Source: Eledone cirrhosa
Taxonomy: Eukaryota
Direction: 5' to 3'
Length of the DNA stretch: 64,000 nucleotides
Assembly (NCBI GenBank): GCA_964016885.1
Contig: OZ024741.1
Location: 134,974,001-135,038,000 of the forward strand
Below, in pieces: positions 53,057 to 64,000 of this stretch. How positions within the stretch are numbered: position 1 is the first letter of the stretch; every line of letters begins with the position of its first letter. Below the pieces are notes generated by a model, which was not told where the DNA came from, searched no databases, and saw only the letters and a list, made by a program, of their open reading frames with translations. The translations under genes and the position numbers were made by a program.

Positions 53057-53642
53057 AAAAACAAATAACGAAACGAAATTAAATTTCGTTTCGTTTGTAA
53101 CTCACTTTTGTATGACTGACGCTTAAACAATTAAGTTAAAAATGTACATCCATATATGTATACTGAAATACTAGTATGCATATGAATACACACACGTATA
53201 CATATGTAGATGTACCAAGTCTTTCACTGGTTACTTTACTGTGAGTATCCAGCTATTCTGTATGTAAACACACAGACAAACCGGTTTTTAGAGTCATACT
53301 GGTTTTTGAGGAAACACCTTTCCTCTATTCTCCAGAAAGCCAGACAAGGAATATTGAACTAGTTTCGTTGCTGTTACAACTCATCAGCAATATTTACCTA
53401 TCTACCGGCCCTTCTGGAGAATCGTAAAAGCACATATCGTTATATGCTTTTTCTATGAAAATTAGTAGTGGGCAGACTAATTTGCATAGAGTGTGAGTAC
53501 GTACCGGTTCAACGGAGACGATAAACTAAACATAAAGTAACCAGTGAAAGACTTGGTACATCTACATATGTATACGTGTGTGTATTCATATGCATACTAG
53601 TATTTCAGTATACATATATGGATGTACATTTTTAACTTAATT

Positions 53643-53646
<4 letters not shown>
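53057..53646 (-). mobile_element. PLE-type terminal fragment with inverted partial copy; a direct copy of 53057-53260 lies at 51360-51566
   Basis: 53533-53646 is the reverse complement of ~53125-53238; (TA)n flanks; internal hammerhead. Confidence 0.75.
53350..53394 (-). ncRNA. Minimal type I hammerhead ribozyme
   Basis: AATATTG-CTGATGA-GTTG TAACAG CAAC-GAAA-CTAG-TT-CAATATT. All stems perfect; ACTAGT palindrome. Confidence 0.88.
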
Positions 53647-53719
<73 letters not shown>

Positions 53720-54100
53720 ACATATATATATATATATATATACACGAGTCCCGCGTTCTATTGGGGTTAACAACAGAAAGTAAGGCACTCAATACATTTG
53801 TAGAGTGCAAGCATCGTGTTTAATATAGAAATGGCTTCTACAGGACTAGAACTGTATATATAGTCATAGAAAATGTAGGCATTTCAAACACAGATAATAA
53901 CTGAAACCACAGTCAATTGCTATAAATAATCCTATAGATGGAAAAAAGTGGCCAGCAGTCGCCACGGAGAATAGGACATTAAACGTCATAAATTCCGACT
54001 GTGTGCTCAGTACCATTGAAGTAAACGACTCCAGACAATAACTTACGTCTAAATAGAAAGCCAAAGAAGCCACACTACACACACACACATGCAAACGGAC

Positions 54101-54244
<144 letters not shown>

Positions 54245-54332
54245 TTCCCTGTTCTTGCTGACGATAGAATCTCTAGAGTTACAGAATGCTGGATCAACCT
54301 AAATTATTTATGTACACACACACACACACACA

Positions 54333-54367
<35 letters not shown>

Positions 54368-54719
54368 CCACACACACACGCACGCACGCACACACACACA
54401 CACACATACACACAAACACACACATACACACACATATATATATGCACACCCAACTAAAACAAAGACAGAGAATAGGATATGACGCCGAGAGTTGATTCTC
54501 GGCCAAATAAAATCCGATTACTTTTGACTTTAATATTTGATGGTAAACTGGAGTATTTTTCTCGTCTCCCGATGAAAAATAAATAATGCCGTTGATGAAA
54601 GTAAATTACTTCAACTGAAATCTATTGTCTTGCAAAACCAACTAAACTGCATTGTCAACTAATGAAGATTAATTGCTTAGTGTTTCATCTCATTGAGGTG
54701 TCGATTGAATGTAAATGTA

Positions 54720-55425
54720 GTGAAGGCCTGTGATTTGGTGGTTAGGATATTTGTCTTACGATGTTCGATTCCTGATACTTCGTTTTAGCAGGAAGCAAAG
54801 CCCCTTATTTCACATAATTTCATTCCGCTTAGTTGGTAAAAGAAAACTACTTCTTGTAGCTCCAGTTCACTTAGTTGGAATAAAATCAGTTGTTCCTCTA
54901 ATTCAAAGGACCAGCCGTGTCACACACACTGTCCGGCTGAATCTCTCTAAGTACTACATTAATAGTAATTAATAAATGATGGACTGCACCTGTAAAACAA
55001 AAGAGCAGCTTTATCACACACTGGGATAGGCTGAACTATTACATACACATATATATTAATGTATACTACATTAATAGTATACGTGTCTCAAGAGTGGAAA
55101 TGTTGTCACTTACGCTGTAATTAATACACTATGGAATACACCTGTAATTCAAAGGGCCAACCTTATCACACACTGTGATAGGCTGAATCTCCCTGAAATC
55201 TACGTTAATGTTACACCTGTCTCTACAATGTTAATACTCAATCACTTACACTGTAATACAAGATGAACTCTGCCTGTAATTGAAAGGGCTCGCTTTGTCA
55301 CACTATGTAGCAATGAATTTCTTTGAAAATTAATGTTAAGGATACACGTGTCTGTGGAATGATCATCAACTTGCACGTCAATTCAATGAATAGATTGTTC
55401 CGTTGTTCGAACAACTGGAACAGAG
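54720..55425 (+). mobile_element. SINE with about 4 tandem diverged copies of its 3' module
   Basis: Head GTGAAGGC...GTTCGATTCC. The module TGTAATTCAAAGGGCC..TCACACACTG recurs at ~54895, 54988, 55140 and 55272. Confidence 0.6.
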
Positions 55426-55712
55426 CCGACACATAAACGTCAATGAGATCTTTCATATAACACAACACAGTGTAATTTCGATATAGTTGGTCAGCTTTCT
55501 AGAAATAACATCCAGCTCCCTGCCAAATGGTATGTCAAGGAGCTGTACACTACTTCAAAAGACGTTATAGGCACATTCGCTCCTTTAGGTCTCGGTAAAA
55601 AGAGAATTCCACTTCCGTATCTTGTTTCATATGAGTATTCAAGGATGAAAGATTTGTGTTGGATCTCCCACGAACAAATACGACAAGGAATCTGCTCTAA
55701 TGACTTTAATTA

Positions 55713-55768
<56 letters not shown>

Positions 55769-55983
55769 GGTTGGTGAAGCCACGCTTCTTATCGCCTCCA
55801 GTCTTTTTCAACGTTTTACCTCTTTTTCAACCGTTCTAAACCTTTTATTCAAGTTTTAAATTTGATAAAAGTTTAGAAGAAGTGACCCACCTAATACAGG
55901 GGTTCACTAGTAAATAATACGGCACCCCTTTACGGGGTGTCGTATTGGTATTTGTGTAAAAATATTTTTTGAAAAATTTCAAC

Positions 55984-57572
55984 ATGGATAACACAAAAAA
56001 GAGAGAGAGCGCTGTCAGACAACACAGAGAGAGGGAGACTTTATCAGCATGTCAACAAGACAGCGTTCCAGCAGAGGTAAATATAAACGAAAATATTACA
56101 AAGGAAAAAGAGATTGTTACAGATTTAAAATTAACAAATATTTCTAACACAAACAACACCAAGAATAACACCAACAACATCACCAACAACAACACCAAAA
56201 ATAACAGCGGTAAAGTCGAGAACGACAATAACAAAAATAACAGCGGTAAGGTCGAGAACGACAATAATAAAAATAACAGCGGTAAGGTCGAGAACGACAA
56301 TAACAATGACAATAACAACAGCCACAACAACAATAATAGTAGGAACACTATCAACAAAAACAACAATAATAACAGCAGCCACAATAACAGTAACAGCAGC
56401 AACAGTATCAACGAAAACAACACCAACAACTGTACCAGCGAAAACAACAACAATGACACCGATACCTGTAATAGCGACCTCAGCACCACCAGTAAGACCA
56501 GTAGCGGCAGCAATAGTGGTGCTGCTGAAAAAGGGACCACTTTTTTGCAGGTGTCGCCCGAAATATCGAGACAGTGTTAGTCACAGAGGAGGAGATGGCA
56601 GTCGCAAGGGCCATGGTGACAAGAAGCGCAAATAGAGTTTCCCTGAAACCTCCACCCGATTTTTTCAAGGACCAGCAGCTACGAACGGTGACTTACCGCA
56701 CCGTAAGCAAAATCTCACATCGAGTGGAGAGAGCCACGGAGGCTCAAATCCAAAAGGCCTTGGGGTGCGTCTGGGCACGCAAAACCCACATCACCCGAGG
56801 CAGAAAGTACGCCACAGTAGACGTACTTTTCGCCACCCCCCAGGAAGCAAAGTCTCACTCTTTGGAAGCCCTAAAGAGTGAGGAGTTAGTCTTGGTGCCC
56901 TCCTACTGCGGGCAGAAAATTCTGAGGGTCAAAGTGACCCGGGTCCCACCCGACGTCCCTATACCTTGGCTGGCCGCGTCTGTCCTTGCTGGAATTGAGA
57001 ACAGGGCGACCATGCTGCAAGTAGAAAAAATAGGGAGAGAGAACTGGTCAGGTATAGGCATGCAAATGCTTATACAAACTGACCAGGAATGTATCGAGGC
57101 TATCCCCGATATCATAGACTTTGAGGAAGGACTCCAACTCCCTATAAGTGTAGAAGGAAGACGGCCAAAATGTTATCTCTGTGGGTCGAAAGGTCACCTC
57201 AGGGCCTTTTTCCCGCAGAAGATACCGAAGAGGGCCCCTCTCCTTCCAATACCTGGTCCGCTGCTACCAAGAGCAGGACAGGCAACAAACGAAGAAGCCC
57301 CTTCCACGGTGAGTAGGAGGGCAACGTCCGTAGCACCGGTACCAAGGCCACGGATAACTAAAGCAGCAGCATCATCAGTAGCGGCAACACCAATAGCTAC
57401 ATTTGAAATAGCTACACCAGCAACAACATTGCCGAAAAGGGCTCCACTACCACCACCAACAGCCGTGGAGCACATACCCCTCCCAGACGCCACAGAATCC
57501 GACATGGAGTTTGAGGCGGGAGTGACGTGGCAAACAGTCTGCCACAAAAAACAAAAAACAAAAAACCCTTAG
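55984..57572 (+). pseudogene. Tx1 ORF1 (Asn-rich N-terminus, RRM-like region, degenerate zinc knuckle), frameshifted near 56575
   Basis: ORFs 55969..56580 and 56574..57572; VEGRRPKCYLCGSKGHLRAF (CCHC with the last C lost). Confidence 0.7.
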
Positions 57573-58062
57573 ATTCACCCTCCAAAAGCGAAGGCATACA
57601 AAGAGGGGTAAAGGCAGCAAGGAAACTTGCAGCAACACCACCACAAACACCAACAACGCAAACACAACAAGACACACACACACCAAACAGAACAAGAAGA
57701 AAACGGCAACAAAATCACCCCTCCCCCAAAAAGTACACAGCCATAAACATAGCAAAAAATAGAACTCATAAAATATATAAAGCAGCGCGCAGACATCACG
57801 GAAAAAAATTACTACACCCCACCAACACCAAGAACTCGCCCGACAAACATAAGCGTCATCGAAATCTCATTAGAACAATACAAACCTTTAAAACAAAAAT
57901 TCCCCAACGTAGTTGGAGACTTCAGAGGGACGGTTACCAAGAGGATATACACTGACATCCTCTTGGAAACACCCATGACCAGCGAAAGGGACGGTTCTAC
58001 TGTCCCTTCACCACACGAACAAGGTAAGTGACCCTTTCTCACTTGTCCCGTTTCTCATCCAA

Positions 58063-59362
58063 CATGGCTGTACTCAGAATAGGCAGTATAAATGCACGTG
58101 GCCTGGGGTCATCTTGGAAGCAGGGTCACCTGCTCAATGACCTCAGGTCACTAAACATAGATGTGGTGGCCATCAGTGAAACCAGAATCTCCGAGGCACG
58201 GGCCTTCGCACCGATCTTCGGCGGCTACGATGTATACGCATCTCCCAGCCGTCCAGGATCGGGGGGAGGGGTTGCCTTCCTTTTTCGGAGAGGCTTGGAT
58301 CTCGCGATACGGGCCATCTTCCTGGACCTAGAAGGTAAATCGGTGGTGCTGGACGTGACCGGCAGCGAAGGCAATGCTTTCAGGCTAGTAGCCGTCTACG
58401 CTCCAACAGGGGCAGGACGGCCAGATTTCTTCAGACGTCTAGAGACCTTTCTTGGAACGTCCCGCTCTTTAGTGTTAGTGGGCGACTGGAACGGTATCTT
58501 GGATGCACGCTGGGATTGTGTAGGGCTAGTGGATAGGGGAGGAGGGTGCAAGAGCCTCACCAACCTGCTCAGACATTTTGAACTGTCTGACAAGTATCGA
58601 CTGGATCACCCGAATGTGCCAATGTGGACATGGACAAACCTCATCGGGTCATCCAGATCGTATCTAGATAGGGTATTCTGCAGGGAACTAGATAAGGCTA
58701 GTATAAGTTGTCCACAATTTAAAATAGTCGACTACACAGACCACACATTTGTGATCTGTGAGATCGAAATAGACAAACTTCATAGACAAGGGCCTGGTTG
58801 CTGGAAGCTGAACGCGTCTTTCCCGGCGCGCAAGGCCTACAGAGACCGGATTAGCGTATTAGTTAAGCGGGCGTTGACGGGAGCGGTCGTCAACAACAGG
58901 TGGTGGTTCGCTCTGAAAAGGGCAATTAAAGTAGAGTCGATTAGGTTTAGCAAAGGAGTAGTGATAGAGGAAAATAGAGTAGAGGGAGAGCTAGTCAGAA
59001 AGCTAGAAGAGGCGTTTAGGACAGGCATCGCAACCGACGTGCTTGCGGCGAGATTGGCACTCGACCAATTCTTCAACGCAAAACACGAAGGCTGCGTTGT
59101 CAGAGCTAGAACGCGTGCTCTGAAACACGAGGGGACAAAAGCCGTCCAATGGGCCCGGGTGGCAGAGGCGCAACGTGGCAATAAAGCCACAATTCGGTCT
59201 TTATCTGACCAAAACGGGTGCGTGATGCTCGAACCCGAGCGGATGTGTGAAGCTTTTCAGCAGCACTTTGCTGAACTGTTCGGGAGCGGCGGCCCGGATC
59301 GGGACATGGACTTCAGTGCATACCTCGACAGACTGCAGCACAGTGTTGCGAAAAGCCAATAA
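58063..59362 (+). CDS. Tx1 ORF2 apurinic endonuclease domain
   Basis: SINARGL, ISET, GGGVAFL, VYAP, GDWN, SYLDRV, TDH, WKLN. Confidence 0.9.
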
Positions 59363-59390
59363 CAGCCGGTGAAATACAGCCGGTGAAGCG

Positions 59391-61466
59391 ATGGCTAACT
59401 GCACAAGAGGTAAATCGCCAGGTTTAGATGGTCTGCCCTACGAGCTTTATGCATTTAAGCCAGACTTGTTCGGTGACCTCTTGGCAGACGTCTACTGCAA
59501 CTGGCAGCAGAACGGGAGCATTCCCAGTTTTGTGAGCCGGGGAGCAGTGGCGCTGCTGGGAAAAGACCCGAACAAGGGGGATGTTATTGATAATTTCAGG
59601 CCCATAACTCTGCTAAACGCAGAGTTCAAGATTTTGGCCAAGGTGTTAGCAACGAGGTTGGCGCTTGTCGTCAAGGGTCTGGTGGGAGAGGCGCAGACAT
59701 GCGCCATCCCGGACAGATCCATACACGACAACCTCCACCTCATGCGATACATCATAGAGAGGGTGGTTAAGGAACCTGGCAAGGGTGGGGCCCTGATCAA
59801 CTTGGATCAATCCAAAGCATTCGATAGGGTCGACCATCGGTACCTGGCGGCGGTCCTCGAGGCAGCCGGTTTCGGGCCCGTTTTCAGGCGTTGGATCGCA
59901 GCAATGTACAGCGACATCTGCTCAGTTGTGAGGGTGAACGGTCACCTGTCGCAGCCGTTCAGCATCATGCGCTCAGTCCGCCAGGGTTGTCCCCTCTCGT
60001 CCCTCTTGTACGTATTGGCTCTCGAGTCGTTACTGCACAAACTGGGGGCGATGAGGGGCGTCCCACGCGAACTAGGATGCGGGAAATCCGAGTCGGCTTA
60101 CGTTGACGACGTCACCGTGGTGGTGTCGAGCACCAGACACGTCCAGATGCTCGGCACTGCTCTCAAGGAATACGAAACGGTGACAGGAGCAAAGATAAAC
60201 CAGGAAAAGTCGGTGGGCTTGCAGCTAGGCACCTGGAGAGGCAAGTCCATGCCGTCCGACAGCATCGTGGGGCGTTGGACGGACGGACCGGTTAAATTGC
60301 TCGGGGTCTGGTTCGGACCGGACCTCCAGATGGAGAAAAACTGGAACGAGGTGACGAGCAGGGTGGCCTCCCTCACCCAGAAATGGGCTGAGAGGAAGCT
60401 GTCCCTCAAAGGCCGGGCGGAAGTGGCGAATGCGTACATCGCATCCGTCATCTGCTACCGCCTCACCGTCGTCCCTTGCTCCAGCCCAACTCTCACCAAA
60501 ATGGAGCGCCTCTTCTTCCGCTTTTTGTGGAAGGGACGCGCTCCCATGGTCAGACGATCCATCTGCTGTCAACACCCGTTGCGTGGAGGACTGGGCATGC
60601 CATGGCTGATGATGCGCAAACATGCGCTGAGGCTGCGACATCTCTGGTGCTTCCTTGATGGTGAACGGGTGTGGTCGCCGTTCGCCAGGCACATTTTCCC
60701 ACAGCTCGTCTCCTTGACGGAGCTGCAGTCCTGGGTCAGAAAAAGACCGAGGGATAGCGCTTGGAAACTGGAATGTCTCCAGGCGCTCACTGCCCTCTCC
60801 CAGTTGGGCACCAGTATCGGTGGAACATCCACCTCGGCGTTCTATAGAGGACTAGTGGAGGGGAAGAGCGACGACGTTCTCGGAGAGATCCTGGGCGGTG
60901 AAGAAGATCAGCTGCTTGCTCTCTTCCGGAGAACTTTCAGCCCGGTGCCTATGGATAACTTCCAAAAATCCCTGGCCTGGCAGTACTACCGGGGAGCGCT
61001 GCCGGTTCGAGATAAGCTCTACATGCACGGAAGTGCCGTCAGCCGAGCCTGTCCGAGATGCGCGCATAGCGACGAAACCGTTGTGCACGCACTCGTTCAG
61101 TGCCCGAGCATTGCTGACTTGTGGAGCTATGTCGAACAGTTGCTGTCACGTGTGGGACTGATCCGGTTATCGACTGAGTCCATTGTGCAGATGGTCTCGC
61201 CGTCTTCCTTTGAGGAGGAAGGGCAGGCGGTTTTCATCTGCCTGGTGACCATGGCGAAAGAGCTTGTGTGGTGGACAAGGTTAAAAGGATTAAAGACAAA
61301 CACTTTCCTCTTCGGCTAATCCCTGATTAACTTTTTCAAGTTTCACTTGAAGAAGAAAATCAGGGTGGAGAGGCAAGTGTTGCTTTCTAGCAAGTTTGTT
61401 GAAAGGTGGGTAAATGTAGCGAGAATGGTCCGAGTGAACGGGACCACTCTGAATATACGTCTGTAG
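59391..61466 (+). pseudogene. Tx1 ORF2 RT and C-terminal zinc finger; premature TAA at 61317, natural stop at 61466
   Basis: KSPGLDGLP, FRPITLLN, LDQSKAFDRVDH, VRQGCPLS, YVDD, LLGVWF, GGLG, CPRC...ETVVHALVQC. The frame is open again from 61320 to TAG 61466. A 12-bp duplication ACAGCCGGTGAA at ~59362-59387 marks the frameshift. Confidence 0.9.
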
Positions 61467-62059
61467 TTTGAGAGATGGAAAAATTGAGAGAGGGCGCTTG
61501 CCCTGGTAGTCAGGGTGGCCGTGGTCTTTTGTGTGGTTTTCGCCACGAGTAACCCTCGCAGGTTTCCCCCCTATTGGGGAATTTTTCATTGTTTCAATTT
61601 TCATTTTATTGTTTATATATATATATATATATGTTTACACGCACAAAACCCACATAGTACTGTCCTGTTCTGTCTATGATGTTTTTCTTGATGTCAGCCC
61701 TTGTGGCCAATAAAGAAATCATTCTTCTTCTTCTTCTTCTTCTTCTTCTTCTTCTTCTTCTTCTTCTTCTTCTTCTTCTTCTTCTTCTTCTTCTTCTTCT
61801 TCTTCTTCTTCTTCTTCTTCTTCTTCTTCTTGGGAGGGTCGTGGCGGTGGGCAGAGTCCTCAAATACTCCTTCCAGCGGTTCCTCTCAGAAGCAACCGTC
61901 TCCAGTTGATTCGACTGTCGCCTTTCTTGTCTCTTGGTAAATTTACTTTCATTTTTTTCTGTTTAATCAACCAGTCATGGACTAATTTGTGTTGTTTCCG
62001 TCACATGTTTTCATGTTTAATGGGAGGTTTTGTTTGTATTGGGTCTCCATCGGTTCCGA

Positions 62060-62311
62060 CGATGAGTGTTCCAGTTATTTTATCAACAGGACAGAATGCT
62101 TGTGAAATTGACGTGCAAGTGACTGAGCATTCGACAGACACATAAATCTTTAACGTTGCCCTTTGAATTACTGTTTCAGATCATATCCTCCAAGTAGAGT
62201 GGATTGGAGCAACATGAAATAAAGTGTCTTGCTCAAGGTCGTAACGTATCCCCGGGAATCGAACTCACCCCGGTGAACCGAGTACCCTAACTACTAAGCC
62301 ACGTGTCATCA
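62060..62311 (-). mobile_element. tRNA-derived CORE-like SINE
   Basis: TGGCTTAGTAG, GAGTTCGATTCCC, CCTTGAGCAAGACACTTTATTTCA. Confidence 0.75.
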
Positions 62312-62585
62312 CAATAAGAACATTTACTATGTTATTATGTTGTTATTTAAAACTTAAATGTCGTCAATTTGTATTTTTTCTCTAGTTATTGCGGTGTTAA
62401 TGTCAGCTTGGAAAAGATCGATTCATCACTTGACGATCCTGAGTGGTTTGTTCTTTGTATTCAATCATTTCTTTCTTTCATTTAACAAGGCGATTTGGAG
62501 TTTTTTCTTATTCTGTGATCGCTACATTTAACCTTATTAATTACTTCAATGTTTTCAACAATGTCTATTTCTTATAATATAATCT

Positions 62586-62720
62586 TGGTGAGTTGGCAGA
62601 ATCGTTAAGGTGGTGGAAAATGTCTCGGTATTTGGCCCGGTTCGCTGCGCTGTGATTTTAAACCCCATCAAAGTTAACTTTGCTTTTCATCTTTTCGAGA
62701 TTGATAAATACCAGTCCTGT
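62586..62720 (+). mobile_element. Degenerate SINE (Meta-like family)
   Basis: GGTGAGTTGGCAGAATCGTTA head; AACTTTGCTTTTCATCTTTTCGAGATTGATAAATACCAG. Confidence 0.65.
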
Positions 62721-63299
62721 ATTGAGGCAGATTCTTCCACTATATCTCTCTTTATCCTTTTCTCTCTTTACCATTTTCTTTCTTTCTTTCTCTCGAAGAA
62801 ATCGATCGGGATCAAACCTGGAGAGGGATGGGCCCCACCAGGTTTAAACTCGTATGTCAGGAAGGTGCTCCTACTACGGCATCAGAAGTCAAAGCCCCTT
62901 TCCTTTTCATTCATTTCCTTTTTAATCACATCGAAGTTTTCATAGTTCAGATTTCTCTGGGTTCTTTTATCTCATGTCTCCTTTTTGAAGTGGGTATTTT
63001 CTATTTTAGGTCTTGGTGAGAAGAAATTGTTTGATTTTGTGAACAGCATTTCTTTCACTTTGTGAGAATTTTCACAAGCAACTCTTATTTCATGGACATG
63101 TTTTTGCGGTTCTGTTTCTAAATATGATGGCACCATGTTTTGCGATGATCAATTGATTTGTTATTCTCTTCATAGAATACTTCAAGTCCGTCTTGTAGGA
63201 ACTTGCAATGCTGATGTATATATGGCCCGCAGACATAACTCTGCTTTTCACTATATTGAGCAATATGTAACAATTCCTTTTTACACCGAAAATATATAG

Positions 63300-63890
63300 T
63301 GCAGGGTTACACAGTTCTTTGAGGACATTAGCATGGATTTAGTAAAAGACGCATAATCCATGAAAGGAAAGCTATATTTAAGAAAAGCATGGCGTGAATA
63401 ATCTTGAGACTCTTTCTGATGTATCAACTCAATGAATCCGCTGTTTGCATCGATGACTGATTCAATACGAGGTCTGAAACGTTGACATGCTCGATTCAGA
63501 TGATTTTATCTATTTGGGACATTGAACTAGTTATGGCGGACGTTAGATATTTTATAGAATTATGGGGGCATGGATTAACTTCTCTCTCGACCATGTCCCA
63601 TACATATTAGTCAAGCAGATTCATGTTGGGAGAACTAGGAGATCATATGTTTGAGGTGACGTGATTGTGGAAATTGTAACATCCATTCTTGGATCATCTT
63701 AGACTTATAAGAAAGTGTAGAGTTTTGATGGTATGTGTACGGTTTTCCTTTGCACATGCAAAGGAAAACCTCACAGTCCTTTCCAATGTCTTCTTATAGT
63801 CTGTATAATTAACCCTTAAAATCCGTGGAAAGAAGTGAGGAAGCATTACATCACTTCCGTTGCTCAAGGCTCTCATCACAGTTGCCATGT
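63300..63890 (-). pseudogene. Tc1/mariner (maT/DD37D-like) transposase C-terminal relic
   Basis: VM.PHFFP..LRVN...Y...LE, QEW, *SPSSPNMNLLD*YVWDMVERE (degenerate WPPSSPDLNPLDYYVW), RPRIESVIDANSGFIE; possible TIR end CAGGGT at ~63302. Confidence 0.75.
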
Positions 63891-64000
63891 ATGTGCGCGA
63901 GCGCGTGTATTTATCTTACAGTTATCTGTATGTATGTGTGTCTAATAATTTTTTACTTGTCTGCTTCATACGATTACACATAAAAGAAAATGAAAATATA

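Larger units (their letters stand above)
55769..61723 (+). mobile_element. Near full-length Tx1/L1-clade LINE between (ATT)n and (CTT)n
   Basis: ORF1 with gag-like knuckle, ORF2 APE+RT+CCHC, AATAAA at 61709, then (CTT)n 61724-61831. Confidence 0.92.

Overview
Eukaryotic, very repeat-rich, AT-rich DNA with no recognisable host gene. The (TA)n/(CA)n/(TATG)n load and the tRNA-derived SINE families resemble an octopus/cephalopod genome (inference). Bases 1-16100 are a tandem array of roughly 145-150 copies of an ~89-bp palindromic MITE-like unit separated by variable (TA)n spacers, with higher-order periods of about 2.4 and 4.33 kb. The rest is a nest of microsatellite-associated retroelements: several Penelope-like element (PLE) fragments (RT and/or GIY-YIG) with inverted terminal copies at (TA)n, a near full-length R4/Dong-type RLE LINE in (TACA)n, a near full-length Tx1/L1-type LINE ending in (CTT)n, RTE fragments and non-autonomous derivatives, hAT and maT/mariner transposase relics, and many SINEs. 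The most notable hidden layer is RNA-level. By eye I find 13 apparently complete type I hammerhead ribozyme folds. Three lie in a non-coding 593-bp tandem repeat (retrozyme-like) and have a U3-A8 variant core (UUGAUAA) plus a large stem II insertion. Many insertion or inversion breakpoints fall inside hammerhead cores or stem II. All folds and family assignments were made by reading the sequence and have not been checked by computation.
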